A stretch of 47,728 nt of DNA, counting the filler, from Jimgerdemannia flammicorona (taxonomy: Eukaryota): NCBI GenBank assembly GCA_003990765.1. It is 2 parts of 2 records of this genome, joined end to end, with 100 filler letters (N's around TTAATTAATTAA, not from the genome) between each part and the next. Parts side by side here need not be neighbours in the genome. Positions count along the whole stretch, not along the records: positions 1 to 23,818 come from RBNJ01001060.1; 1 more part is not named here. One strand, given 5' to 3'. The position numbers were made by a program, and so were the translations under genes. Within the stretch, counting starts at the first letter, position 1. Every line of letters starts with the position of its first letter. Of this stretch, positions 10,623 to 23,918 are shown one piece after another. The notes under the pieces are model-generated. The model was given only the letters and a program-made list of their open reading frames with translations. It made no database searches and was not told the origin of the DNA.

Positions 10623-13600
10623 ATATATTAATAAGCCTATTAAAAAGCTATTAAAGTTAAAGAAGATCAAAAATTCAGTATAATGATAAATACAACTAGA
10701 AAAAGTCTATGAATTCTCTGGAATTTCTATTTTGAAGCCTCTTTTAGCTATTATAATAAGATGGAGTTCTATGAAATATTAATATATACTTTAGAGATTT
10801 GTAAGATAAGATTTCAAATCTATTTATATAGATTTTAGATATAATTTAGAATGTAATTCAGAAGTATTTTAGTACTAAATAAATTGATATTATATTCAAA
10901 TAGAGTTTAAATATATTGTATATTATAGATAAGTAATTAAGTAATATATCTGAAGATATATAGCAATAATTTTAATTAATTTGTTAATTTCTTAAGTCTT
11001 TTATATATTAAGATGAGAACTATAATATCAGCTTTAAAGTATTCTACAATAGTGACTGTTATCTTACTATTTAATCAGCTATATAATTACTTTAAAGATG
11101 TTATTGATATATATCAAAATAGTAAATATTTTAATTAGATATATGATTTTGAAAGTAATTTTATTTATAAATTTAAGAACTAATTTAGTAAGTAATTAGG
11201 AAGTAATTTATATTTTTTTATTTTTATTTTTATTTTTTTATAAACAATACTTAATACTACTAAAAATATATAATAAAACTTCTAAAATATTACTATAAGA
11301 TAATAGTATTATACAGTATAGCCTCAGTCTTAAATTTATATATCAATATATATTATTTCTATTATAAGAAATAGAAAAAATTCTTAATTAATAAATAGAA
11401 GAATCAGATATAATATATCTGAGAAAAGAAGTATAAGCCTATTAATACTGTTATTATATACTCAATATCTCATAATACTGATGATTTTATCAACTCAATA
11501 TATAAGAAGAAATAGCAATAATAAGCTTGAATAATGAGTGTTATTGTTATATTTTTTGGTTGACTTTGTTGATTTTTACTCATATTTCTCTATTTCAGTT
11601 TGGTAGAAAATTCTACTAATCTTAGTATAAATATACTAAATTAGTAGTAGTGAAATCAGTCAGTATATCTAAATCTTTCATAAATAGCTTATAATTATCT
11701 TAGTTATAGTAACTCAATATATAGTAGTATAGCCTAATTATATCATCATTGCAAATATCATCAATATGCATAAAAGTATATAAGCTAGTATTAATAAATA
11801 ATCCCCCTCTCTCTTCTTTTTACTTTTCTAAGTATTTTATAATAAAAAGATTATAAGTCCTGCTAGCAAAATCAGATAATAAATATATCTCTCTAATATA
11901 TATATTATATTACATAAAAATATTAAACCTAACAGATATATCAAATATAAGCTTGCTAAGTAGTATAAGTAGAATGAGATCTGAAATAGATACTGATAGT
12001 GTATATAAGTATATTTATTATAATAGTTATAACTATAACCATTTCTACAGTAGCATCAATAATAATAAAGTGAATAATTCTTATTTTTGATGATAAGGAT
12101 TATATCATATAGATGTACTATATAAGAAATCTCTTAGAAAAATATAGTCTAAAGAATTGCTGGAAGCCACAAGGACAAATAATGGGATATAATACTACAA
12201 GGAATCACAGAGTACTAAGAGAGATTACCTTTATTCTTTCAAATGTAAAAATGAAACTTGTCATCAATACTATAATAATAATGAAGCCTGGAAGATCTTA
12301 TATAATTACTATCAATAAGCATCTATATCAAACAGATTCCACTTGAAAGTACAACTGTTTAATCTTTAAATGAAGTCTGGAAGAGTATCTAAGACTATGT
12401 CAACTATATTAATGATTTGGCAAATCAAGTGAATTCTCTTTCTATACTAGTAGATACTATCAAGAATGAAGACAAGGTCCTAGCTCTCATATATGACCTT
12501 TCTGAGGTATATAATGTAGTTGTCACTGCTATGAGGAAATCTGGTAAACTGTTAGACTACAAGTATATTATCATCAGTCTTCTAAATGAGGAATCAAGAC
12601 TGAGTGGTAATAATAATGATAATGGTGATAAAAAAGCATTCTATAGAGTATGTGGATGAGGCAAAGGCAAGCTGAATAAAGAATAAGGGCAAAAGTAGTG
12701 CAATAGTCAGTGTGACAGTCAATGAGCCAAATTCAATAGTAAATACTTCTACTATGATAAGTGTGGATACTGTGAGCAAGACTGCAATCAAAAGAAAAAG
12801 GAAAAGAGTAGTCAAGGGCAGGTAAATATAGTAGATACCAATAGCAATAAAAGTGGCAGAGATAGCAGAGGTCTATTCTTTGCAGAAGTAATAATCTATC
12901 TATATACAAAGAGAGATTTAGGACCAAATTTGGGAAATACCTTTACACTAATGAAAAATATTAACATAAGTATCAGCACCAATATAAGCTATATGCTGAG
13001 TACTTATACATAAGTGAAGAAGTCTGACTTATGGATTCTGGTACAATATAGTATATAATAGTATACTGTAAATAGTTCTTTATATATAAGAAGTTCAAGC
13101 ACCCCATACCTATTAAATTAGGTGACAATAATATCATCTATACTCAAGATAATAGTAATATTAGTATACATTTATACAGAAAAGTTGATGAACCCTCAGA
13201 CATCTTTGTGAATATCCTATATACTCTAAATATAGGTAAGAACCTCTTCTCAATAGGCCAAATAATGACTTGAGAAGATAAAGGAGTAAATATATAACTG
13301 AATAGTATAATAGTAATCAATCTAAAGAACAATAAGAAGTTAATATATATATTGAAAAAGGGAAACCTATATGCAATCAATAGTATACTAAGTGGTGCAT
13401 CATCTGTATATTCTGCTATAACTGGAGAGGATCTCTGGTATATATAGTATAAATACTTAGAATACATCAGTAATATGAGCCTAGAATAGATGATAAATAG
13501 TAAATCTATATACAGATTACTGAACTATATATCTCCAAAGATCTTTTATAATAGATGCATAGTAAATAAGACTTAGCAATCTTTTCAGAAACAGATGAAG

Positions 13601-13725
13601 CAAGTAGCCGGTATTCTTGATATGATATATATAGATATCTGCAGTCCTATACAAATACTGAAAAAAGTATTTTATCATCTTCATTAATAATTATACTTAC
13701 AAAGTCTATGTATACTTTTTTATAG

Positions 13726-14983
13726 TGTAATAAACTAAAATGTACCACCTGAATTATAACTTAGTCAGATGATATGAACACATAGCATAGTAATCAGACA
13801 TAGTAACCATTGCTGCAGAAAACTGTATAAATAGCCAGACTACCAGATAAGGTATACTTGTGCTGAACCAGCACATCTGTGCTAAACTAGCACACCTGTG
13901 CTGAACTAGCATACCTGTCATAGATAGCAATCTATAATTAGCAACATAGTAACCAGATAGCAACCATAATGTATAAAATACCCCAGAGACAAGAGTGAAT
14001 AAACCTCAGTCCAAATTCAAAGCAAAAGACAAGTCTGCCTATTACACTTTGAGGGATATGCCTGCCAAAAGCCACTTGATCCAGGAAGGATTGCAACACT
14101 TAGGAGAAACGCCTGCTCTACAGCCACTGCTAGGAGATTGTGAGCTTTGCCATTTCCACTCTGGTCCACTTTCCGATACAAAGAGAAGAGTCCGAAATAC
14201 AAACCAAAGAAGCCTCTAAAGATTGAGCATTGGTCCCCTTTCCACTCTGGTCCACTTTCTGATACAAAGCCTTGGTTTGCTTGCCAGAAAAGCCTGAAGA
14301 TTTGCCACCAAAAGTTCAAGAAAGAACTTCGCCACCTTTTGAGTAATCCGCTGCTTAAAGAATAAGCCACCATTTGCAAGTTACCCACATTCCCAGAGAA
14401 CCCATAGGAACCTTGCCACAAGCCAGTCTCTTGACGCAACTTCACAGTGATCCATTCACGCAAACAAAGCCAGTCTTTGACGTAACTTGCCAAGAATCCG
14501 CGACATCCAAGTCATCCGAGTTATTCATCCGTTCCCAGTGAGAAGAATCCACCACCAGTATAATTCCCAGTGAGCCCGATTCAGAAGAATCTGCACCATC
14601 CTCTATTAAATCGAGTTAACCGCCAAATTGCATACTTTTGGAGATCGTCACCCAAGAAGGAAACCACTAAATTGCCAGATCGTCCCGCATAAGGAATCCA
14701 GTCATGCTACACAAGAGATCATCATGCAGAAAATCATATACTTTTGGAGAACGCCCGCGCTGCACACACAAAATCGCCACTACACCCAAGAACCCATCCA
14801 AATAAGGAAACCGCCAGAATCACTCGCAGATATCCAGCTTTGACTATTATACCACTAAACACCAACAAGGATACCAGGAATCTTAGAATATTTTATTGCT
14901 TTGACAAAGTAACTGGGGGCTCAAGCCAAACTACATCAACCCCCAACCTTGTAATTTGCCTCCATTGAGCCAGGCACATTACA
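13726..14983 (+). mobile_element. Solo LTR (1258 bp) of the dUTPase-Gypsy family
   Basis: TG...CA ends; 4-bp TSD ATAG (13722-13725 and 14984-14987); 3' end nearly identical to LTRs of copies A and B; Copia integrase frame resumes after it (QKNEVFEKF). Confidence 0.95.
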
Positions 14984-17903
14984 ATAGCAAAAAATGAGGT
15001 ATTTGAAAAATTTTGAGAATTCAAGACAACTATAGAGAATGGAATAAGATATAAGATATGGATTCTATACTCAGATAATGGCAAAAAATATATCAATAAA
15101 GCCTTTAGATACTTTTTGAAAAAGTATAATATGTATCTACATAATACTCTATAATAACTCTCTATATATCTGAACAGAATAGTATAGCAGAATACTTTAA
15201 TTGAAAGACAGTAGAGATGGCTTGAATGATGATGAATACAGCCAGCTTATCACACTCCTTCTAGACTAAAGTAGTGAATACAGTAGTGTATATCTGAAAT
15301 CATTATATTTCTTGAGCTCTAAGTAAGAATTCCAGCAGATCTAACAGATCTGGTAATTATTAATCTAGAAATGATCAATAATTCAGAAATGATCAATAAT
15401 CTAAAAATTATTATAGAAATAATCAGCAATCTAGAATGATGATGATCTTACTCCTGAGAAATCATAGAGTAGATCTAAGTCTGATATTTCATACTTACAG
15501 ATATTCAGGAGTGAGGCTTATATTCAAATAAAGGTAGTAATAAAGACAAATTTAAGCCAAAGACAGATAAGTATATATTTCTTAGATATAATGAAGTAGT
15601 GTATAGATTGTGGAACCTGTAGAAATATTATATTATTATCTCTTGTGACATTTAGTTCAAGAAGACCAAAGAACAGAAAATTTGTATAGAAATTCCTATC
15701 TTAACTAACTCAATAGTATAGCCAGAGATAACTATGTTAACTTCCAAGATGAGTGGAATGGTACCTATATCAGTATAACTTATATATACTAATGAAGCTA
15801 TCAGAGCCAAGAATTACAGAAATTGTAGATAAGGACAATGATGAGGATATCTCTCTAAAGGATAAAAAAAAGTACAAATATAAACTACAAAACAAAGTCA
15901 AAGCAGATTTAGAAGACTATTGAAACCAATTTAAGACATTCTGTCATAAATATCATATAAATTATATCTACAAGTATGTCTATATATATAGTAATGATCA
16001 GTATGCCAGTAAACTATAATGAAGCTATATACTTAGATGATAAAAAGGAGTAGACAAAGACTATAGATAAGGAATATAATTCATTCATCAAGAATAATAT
16101 ATGGGATTTAGTCTCTCTTCCAGTGAATTGATGAGCAATAAGATCCTGCTAGATATATAAAGTCAAATATAATAGTAATAGTAATATATAGTAATATAAA
16201 ACCTGATTTGTGACAAAGAAGTATTTGTAAGAATATGGTATAAACTATAACAAGACCTTCTCTCCAGTATTCAAGCTTACTTTACTTAGAATACTTCTTA
16301 CAATTAAAGTTAAATATATGTAATTATAAAATCTACTAAATAGATATTAAGACAGCTTCCTTTAATAGCAATATAGATATAGAGCTATATATTTGTTAAC
16401 TACAAGGATATGAACTATATGACAATAAGTAAAAGAAGCTTATATGCAAACTACATAAAGATCTCTATAATATCAAATAAGTGACAAGGCTGTGAAACTA
16501 AAAAATTGACAAATATCTCTTAAATAATAGATTTAAGTATTATGAGGTCAATCTATACATATATACTCAATATCCTTAGGAATAGTATACTTAGAAATTT
16601 GGGTCAATAGTATAATTTTGATCAGAATGATAAATGAGATTAATGATATAAAGTTGACACTATACCAGGAATTCAAGATAACAGAAATGGATAATATATT
16701 CTATCTTCTTGAAATATTGATAATATATGATAGGTATAAGTGTACTATATATCTATTACAAGCTATATATATTTGAACTATACTTAAATAATTCAATATA
16801 AGTAAATGCAAATCTGTCAGAATATCTATAGAAATATCTATAAGACTAAGGAAGTCTGATACTATATCTGAAGATAATGATATCCTCTATCAGTAAGCTA
16901 TAGAATCTATTATATATCTTATACTTAGGATAAGGCCTGATATATTATATATATGTAGTTAACAAAGTGGCATAGTACTCATCCTGCTATGACAATTCAC
17001 ATTGAATGATAATTAAGTATATCTTCAGATATATCAAATGTACAGCATACTATATACTATATTTAAGCAATAATAATAATAGATCAAGTGGGAGTACTAT
17101 AAGGCTATCTGGTATATGTGATATAGACTAGGCTAGAGATCTTGACAATTAGTACTCTACAACTGAATAGTTCTTTAAAATTAGCAAAAATAAAGCTATT
17201 TTATGATAAATATATAAGCAATATTTATTGGTAATATCATCTATGTAAGCAGAGTATTAAGTATTATCTATAGTGATAAAGAAAGCTATATAGCTTTAGA
17301 AACTACTAAAGAAGTTAAGATACAATCAACAGCACTCTATATTACTTCAATAAGACAATCAATCTATGATTGCTATAGTAAAGAACTCTATACATCATGC
17401 TAGAATAAAATACATTAATATATAGTATCATTTTATATGGAAATATATAAAAAACAGTACTATATATGTATCTAGAATATACTCCAATAGAGTATATGAT
17501 AGCAGATTTATTAACTAAAGCTCTTTCAATAGCTAAGTTTGATTTATGTATAAAAGGAATGAGACTTATAGACAATTATATACTAACCAATAGAAACTAT
17601 ATACTAGTAAGTAGTAAGTAATAGTAATAATAATAATGGAAAGTTTTTTAGAGTGTTAAAAGCATTTTACTATATCTTATATATATCTATCAATATTACT
17701 AGTTTCATCTAGCTATAGGTGATTTTCTTTAATAACATTGCTCTAGATCTCTATTTTTTACTATACTCTTTATCTATTTTTATACTTATAAGTAGAGAAT
17801 TTAGATCTTTTCAGTTATCTAGATAGCACTCAGTTGGTCATATTTAGTTAGTATTTTATTTATATATTCTATATATTCTGAAATATATCTTATTGAGTAG
17901 GAG

Positions 17904-18060
17904 TATTGAAATATCTTAGTTATAGTAACTCAATATATAGTAGTGTAGCCTGACTATATTATTACTATAAATGTTATCAATATACATAAAAACACATAAG
18001 CTAGTATTAATAAACAATATTTCTCTCTCTTTTTTCTACTCTTCTAAGTATTTCACAACA
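17904..18060 (+). repeat. 3' LTR of the Copia element
   Basis: Direct repeat of ~11690-11844; TATTG (from TGTTG)...CAACA. Confidence 0.85.
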
Positions 18061-18231
18061 TTATTACTAGTGAGTTAATAACTGAACATTGAAATAGCTT
18101 ATATATAAATATAATATATATATATATATATATATCCAGATTCTTAGTAGTCTTTAGATATTTTTTCCTTTTAATTATTCTGGATATTTTCTAAATATTA
18201 TCTAAATATTATCTGAATTATTTTTTTAAGA

Positions 18232-18480
18232 TAGAGTTTAGAGAGTTGAGTTTAGGATTAGGTTTAAGAGTCAAGTTCAGAGTCAGATTCAGGAGTTGAG
18301 TTCAGGATTAGATTAAGGGTTAATAATAAGTTAAATTAAAGATAGTCATATTTTTTCTTAAGTCAGATTAAAGATAAGTTATATATAATTCTGAGTTAGG
18401 TTAAAGATAGATGATATATAATTCAAGATGAGATTAAAGATAGATAATATACAATTCTGAGCTGGGTTAAAGATAGGTTA
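18232..18480. repeat. Degenerate minisatellite, ~33-bp period in its right half
   Basis: TTAAAGATA recurs at ~18336, 18368, 18401, 18434 and 18467; GAGTTGAGTT(C/T)AGGATTAG repeated to the left. Confidence 0.7.
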
Positions 18481-18639
18481 AATATATATATAAGTTAGCT
18501 TAGGTTACAGAGTACTACTATTAGGACAGCTATTCATAGTCTATACAGATTACTATACTTTTAGGTATATCTATACTCAGCTAATACTGATCTATATATA
18601 AGTATAATAGAGAAATCATTGTCTCCTTTAATATAGAAA

Positions 18640-20207
18640 TTAAGTATATATATATCTCAGACAAAACCAACTAAGTGGCTGATAGTTTTTTAAGATACAT
18701 AGAAGACAAAGTTATCTTTATGATTAAGATAATCAGTGATCTTATCTAACTGATCAAGAATGACTACCAATAAGATAGCCCACTATTGGATTTTCTTTAG
18801 TATTTTTAAGATCCTGAAGCTAAGATATCCAAACTAATAAAGAAGATGGCCAAGAGATTTATCTATCAGAATAAACTTATCTACTAGAACTATAAAAGAG
18901 TAGTAGTACTTAGAAATGATGCTCTCTATATCAAGATTATATAGGAACTTCATAATACTCTAGTAGCATATAAACTTTAAATTTGAGAAGACCTACAATC
19001 TCATCTCTAGAGAATTCTACTAGCTAAAGATGACTAAGGATATCAAGATCATATAATATGTATCAAAGATTCAAAAGTATCAATAAGCTACTAGCTAGAC
19101 TCTTACAATCTCTATCAATTATCTCTTACAACTAAGATCAAATTGCTATAGATTTCATTGTTTAGTTATCCAAGATCTAGATAGAATAGAATACTATTAT
19201 AGTATTTATAGACTATCTCAGCAAGTAAGCCCACTTTGTATCTATCAAGACTACTATAACAGTATCTTAAGTAGTTGAGATTTTTCTAAACCAAGTATTT
19301 AGACTATATAGCATGTCCAGTACTATCATATTAGATCAAGATACTAAGTTCATCAGTAACTTTTGAAAGGTATTCTTTACCCTCTATAGAATAAAGCTGA
19401 AATTCTCAAAAGCTGATCACTCTCAGATAGATAGTCAGACTGAGTATACTAATAGAACTCTCAAATAAATATATAATATCTTTTACTGCTATAAGTAACA
19501 TAACTAGGATAAGTACTTAGTTTATACTAAATTTATCTACAATAATAGTCAGCAGACCTTAACTAAGAAGACTTTGTTCTTCTTGAATTATGATCAGTAC
19601 TCAAGAATACTAAGTACAACTACAAAATCAACAGTTCCAGTAGTACAAAACTTAGTCTAATCTTATATAAATAGCCTGAGATATTCTTATAAAAGTATAG
19701 GACTATTAGACTAAGTATATCAATTAGAAGTAAAGAGAAGTCTCTTATGATATCAGTGATCAGATTATACTTAGAATAGATCATCTATACTTAGATATTT
19801 TAGTATAGTAACTACAGAGAAAGCTTTGAGCTAGAAAGATTGAATTATATTAAATTTTGAAAAAATTCAGCAAAGTTAACTATAAACTAGAGTTTCTCTA
19901 TAATATCTATATATATCTAGTTTTCTATATTAGTCAACTTATAGATTTTTATAAGAGCTCTTTTCTAAAGTATATAGTATCATCACTACTTCCTATTAGA
20001 ATCAATAATTATGAGAAATTTGAGATTGATGAAATCCTAAATTATAAGATCTATCAATATATAAAAACAGTCAAGTGGTTTTTTTTAATCAAGTAGAAGA
20101 GTTATTTTATCCATAATATAATCTAAGAAAAGAAAGAAATCTTGAAAAATATATAAGAAGTACTAAGGAGTATATAGATACTCTCACCCTCTAACAAAGG
20201 AGAGAAC
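18640..20207 (+). mobile_element. Decayed 3' fragment of a chromovirus (Ty3/Gypsy): RNase H end, integrase, chromodomain, PPT; LTR probably starts ~20208
   Basis: Relic motifs IAIDFIV, LDQDTKFISNF, HSQIDSQTEYTNRTL; chromodomain-like EKFEIDEILNYK...FLIK; purine tract AAAGGAGAGAAC before TATAAC (from TGTAAC). Confidence 0.8.
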
Positions 20208-20775
20208 TATAACTCTAACTCCTAAATTAATCAAGATAGAAAAGGAAAAACAGACTTATAATTATCTAGACTATATTAATAATAAAAACTGACAAGAAGC
20301 AATATAGAGAATAACTCTAAAAGAATAATTAAATACTATAGCTAACATATTACTCATCTATAAGTTACTGTTCTTAAATTATTAATAGTAATGGCTTCCA
20401 ATCAGAGAGGATTCTATTAGGGGGTCTACTAAGAATATAGTATCAATAACTCTACTAAAAAGAACTCACTAGTAGGTTTGAACCTCCTTTTAGTAGATCA
20501 AACTGATACTAAGGCTCTTATCCTAAATAAGATAGCCAAATCTCACTAGTATCCAGTAATATCCAGTTATTTACATATAACTAGTACTGAAAAGAATAAA
20601 ATATTATTCTGTTAAAAAACTTCCCTAGACCTCTATAACTATAGAGGACTATATAAAGTCAAAGCAATATATAGTAACTATATATAGTACTTATCAGTAA
20701 CTATAGAAGTCATAAGCCTAGGTTTGAACTCCTAGTCTACAGTCTAGCAGTCAATATCTTAACAGAGTAACTAAC

Positions 20776-21070
20776 TTTTTTTTTTTTTTTTTTTTTTATA
20801 GTTACTCAGACTTTACCATTTATTATCAGTCTATTAAAATAGTTACAGGATCTTCTCTCACTACCTAATCTCTGTAAGAGAGCCTCTCTCTATACCTTCA
20901 TATTTGAAGACTACTTTACTACCCACTATTCTAATTCTCTCCCCACTCTATCCACATTTTCTCCACTAAGCAATACCTCTGACCACTCTGCAGACTCCAA
21001 CCAAGCCACCAGCCTGTTATAATGTCCTCTATTAGCCCTTGCTATCTCAACAGCCACACCTCTGAGTGAC
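20776..21070 (-). mobile_element. 5'-truncated LINE 3' end with poly(A) tail
   Basis: Poly-T on +; minus strand ACAGGCTGGTGGCTTGGTTGGAGTCTGCAGAGTGG resembles ACAGGGTGGTGGGTTGGGTGGGGACTGCAGGGTGG near the 3' end of the LINE at ~47612-47646. Confidence 0.7.
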
Positions 21071-21862
21071 TAATTCTCTATCTAAAGTAAGAAATAAGAT
21101 ATTCTTAATATGATATTACTATAGTATATAACTAGTATATACTTAGCTTATATTAGCAGATTATTTATTTTACAATAGAATAAGGATACAGTCACTAGAA
21201 ATATATCAGAACTAGTACTCTCAATGAATTGAATTAAATCAAAGGTCAATTCAAATTCTATTTTTGGAAAAGAAATAATCCAATAAAAACATATTCAAAT
21301 TTAATTATTAGATTCCTCTATATAAGTAGAATCTAAAAAGCTATAGATTGTTAAGTTTGGATGTATTTTCATTAAGTTATTGTATTTTGAAAAATAGAAT
21401 TCAAATCAGACCCTCAATTTAATTTAAATTTGTTTAAGAGTACTAATCAGAACAGAAAGCAGTTATAATCATTATGAAGCAACTATAGTGAGAAGATAAA
21501 TACTAGATAAAAGGCAGGAGTATCAAATATTATTCTTACTTTAGAAAATTACAAAGATATCCTACTAAAGTCAGTCTCTCTTAAGCCCTACAGACTATCT
21601 CTTTGACTATATCTAGATTATAATAAAAGAAAGAAACTTCTACTCTGAGGCCTTAAGAACCTAGGATACTTTATTCTCAACTACTAAAAAAGCTAATTAA
21701 TCTATCAGCTACTTAGAGATCTGGTATAAATACAAAATCAGCCAACATATTCATCAATACTATCAAGGCCTCACCTTGGACAAAATTTCTGTCTGGACTA
21801 ATCTGTATAGATAAAAATAAAGACTCACTAAGAAGATTCATCAAATCTTCCAATATATCTCC

Positions 21863-21914
21863 TTTTTTTTTTTTTTATAGTTACTTAGACTCTCACTTTA
21901 TTACTACCAATCTA
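21863..21914 (-). mobile_element. Second LINE 3' stub (poly(A) plus ~38 nt), cut off at ~21915
   Basis: T-run followed by ATAGTTACTTAGACTCTCAC...TCTA, matching 20776-20833. Confidence 0.65.
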
Positions 21915-22228
21915 TGTTATACTAATATAAATGTACAATATACTCTTCACCCAATCCCACAAAGAGCCTTCCCCCTCTCTCTTCTTCTCTCTCTCCCTAT
22001 CTCTTCAGAAATTCATCATTCCCCCTTGACCCCAATCCTCTCTCTACTCTGTCTGAAAATTATCTCCAGAAGCCCTGTAAGCGCACAACCTCCAAGCCAC
22101 CGAAATTACACGTCACCCTCTGAACAAGCCACTGAAATCATGCGCGACCTCCAAACAAATCTGGAAATCACCTGCTCGATCACAAAGCTGAGTCAAACCG
22201 AAGTCACAGCGCACAAAGCTGAGTCAAT

Positions 22229-23461
22229 ATGAAGTCACGGAACACAAGATCTACACAAACGGAACCTTACCAATCAGGACCAAATGCATATATACTGAGC
22301 ACCGAGATGCATCGAATCAAAGAACCAAAACAAATAACAACCACAACTTCCAAACATACAAACATGACCACTGAGATCTACAACCGCATCCGCGCTGACA
22401 TTTGGAATGCCATTGTCAACCAAGCTACACCCCCTCTGCCCCTCATGAATATCCATAGCCTGGCCCCCCTCTACTTCATGGAAGCCCGATGGAATGCCCT
22501 GAATATGCTTAGCGAGGCCCACCGAATCGGACAAATCTCAAGCTACTACCAGATCGGCCGCCTCTTGGAAGACATGGTCGAATACCACCACAATACAGAC
22601 ATTACCCAGATGTCTCAACACCAGAAGCTCATCACCTGCAAACATCAAGAACTCTTCTATGAGTACAACACCTTTATTCCCTGCCTCCGAGTCACTACCA
22701 GCAAAATGGTTGCTACCCTGTCCTATGGCCAAATCGATGATATGATACAAGAAATCAACCACAAATACCTCGAGTATGTCGAAACCACAGACAGAACCTT
22801 TCCGCACCCCAATGACCATATCCTGCAAATGCCTCAAGTTGGATACGCCATAAAGGACGTCTATGATATAATCCACTTTGATGAAGACGAAGCAGAAGAC
22901 AATGACCCCTCTGATGCCGACATGACCTCTAGCCAAGGATCTCTGCCAACCCTGATCACTCCGCCAACCTTGCCAATGAACTTACAACAGTTCATAACCA
23001 CATACGAGACTTATTGGGACAATGACCACTAGCACGAATACCAACCCGCATTCACCCCCGATTACTTCAACTACAATGAAGAGACCGGAGAACACAACCT
23101 GTACCTTCAGACAACCCTCGAGATCGAACCAACCACTCCACCACCCGAGTACGAGCGACATGAACCACAGCCACCAGCTTACTACAACCCCGCGACTCAT
23201 AGTGCTGTAACCTATAGAAGGTATGCAGATAGCGAATCCGATGAAAGCGAAGACAGTACACCCATCCTTCGCCCACCAACACCTTATCCAGCATACGAAA
23301 CAGATGATGCTATCCTGTGGGACGGAGATGAAGTTCCAATGTATTATTACCTCAGCCAACAAGGAGAAGTAATCCATGAACCACTCTTCCTAGACGACTA
23401 CTTCATCAGAGATGATGCAATCGATGGTGATGTCATCGAGGACTACCCAGATAGTGCCTAA
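22229..23461 (+). CDS. ORF-X-like protein; 267-aa ORF that continues in frame past one TAG (23030-23032) for 142 more codons; likely start Met at 22364
   Basis: QISSYYQIGRLLE vs QLQTYYAIGKQLQ in ORF-X; acidic, Pro/Tyr-rich C-terminal part with PPEY and PPAY. Confidence 0.65.
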
Positions 23462-23502
23462 ACCTATAAATAGTCTAGCAGTCATAGTATAGATAGATTA
23501 GT

Positions 23503-23597
23503 CTTGTACGACGTGACTGTGAACTGACTCAGCAGTCAGACGATCTCTTGATATGTCAGATCACACTTGTACTACGTGACTGCATTCCGACTCAGCA
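23503..23597 (+). repeat. Two ~32-bp direct repeats upstream of the TATA box
   Basis: CTTGTACGACGTGACTGTGAACTGACTCAGCA and CTTGTACTACGTGACTGCATTCCGACTCAGCA, 63 bp apart. Confidence 0.75.
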
Positions 23598-23818
23598 AGG
23601 CACTTAGTGCTACATCCATATTCAGCATAGTCCAGATAGCCCCTCACTAGTATAAATACCCCCTCCCCCAGACCTCAGAATCTCAGACTCAAACACACAA
23701 GAACATTCCTGAATACTTCCCCCACAATATCCCTTCACACAACTACTCCTAGTATAGCAATATCATGAATAGCGAATAAACCTATTTAATAACCCACAAA
23801 CCACTCTTAAGTAAATCC

Positions 23819-23918
23819 NNNNNNNNNNNNNNNNNNNNNNNNNNNNNNNNNNNNNNNNNNNNTTAATTAATTAANNNNNNNNNNNNNNNNNNNNNNNNNN
23901 NNNNNNNNNNNNNNNNNN
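23819..23918. other. Artificial contig-joining linker
   Basis: 44 N + TTAATTAATTAA (stop codons in all six frames) + 44 N = 100 bp. Confidence 0.97.

Larger units (their letters stand above)
11690..18060 (+). mobile_element. Heavily mutated Ty1/Copia retrotransposon interrupted by a Gypsy solo LTR
   Basis: ~157-bp LTRs (~11690-11844 and 17904-18060 ending CAACA); Copia-type PBS relic AGATTATAAGTCC at ~11848; PPT TTGAGTAGGAG; order gag, IN (SDNGKKY, EQNSIAE), RT (WDLVSLP, DIKTA), RNase H (DNQS, MIADLLTKAL). Confidence 0.9.
21915..23818 (+). mobile_element. Probable long LTR or 3' region of a third retroelement, truncated by the contig end
   Basis: Begins TGTTA where LINE homology stops; carries an ORF-X-like ORF; TATAAATA at 23651 and AATAAA at 23775; CpG retained; second end not in view. 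Confidence 0.55.

Noticed and set aside
23819..23918. TTAATTAATTAA palindrome, and copies A and B as a large inverted-repeat structure around it
   Set aside because: It is an artificial six-frame-stop linker; the two halves are separate contigs, so relative position and orientation carry no biological meaning
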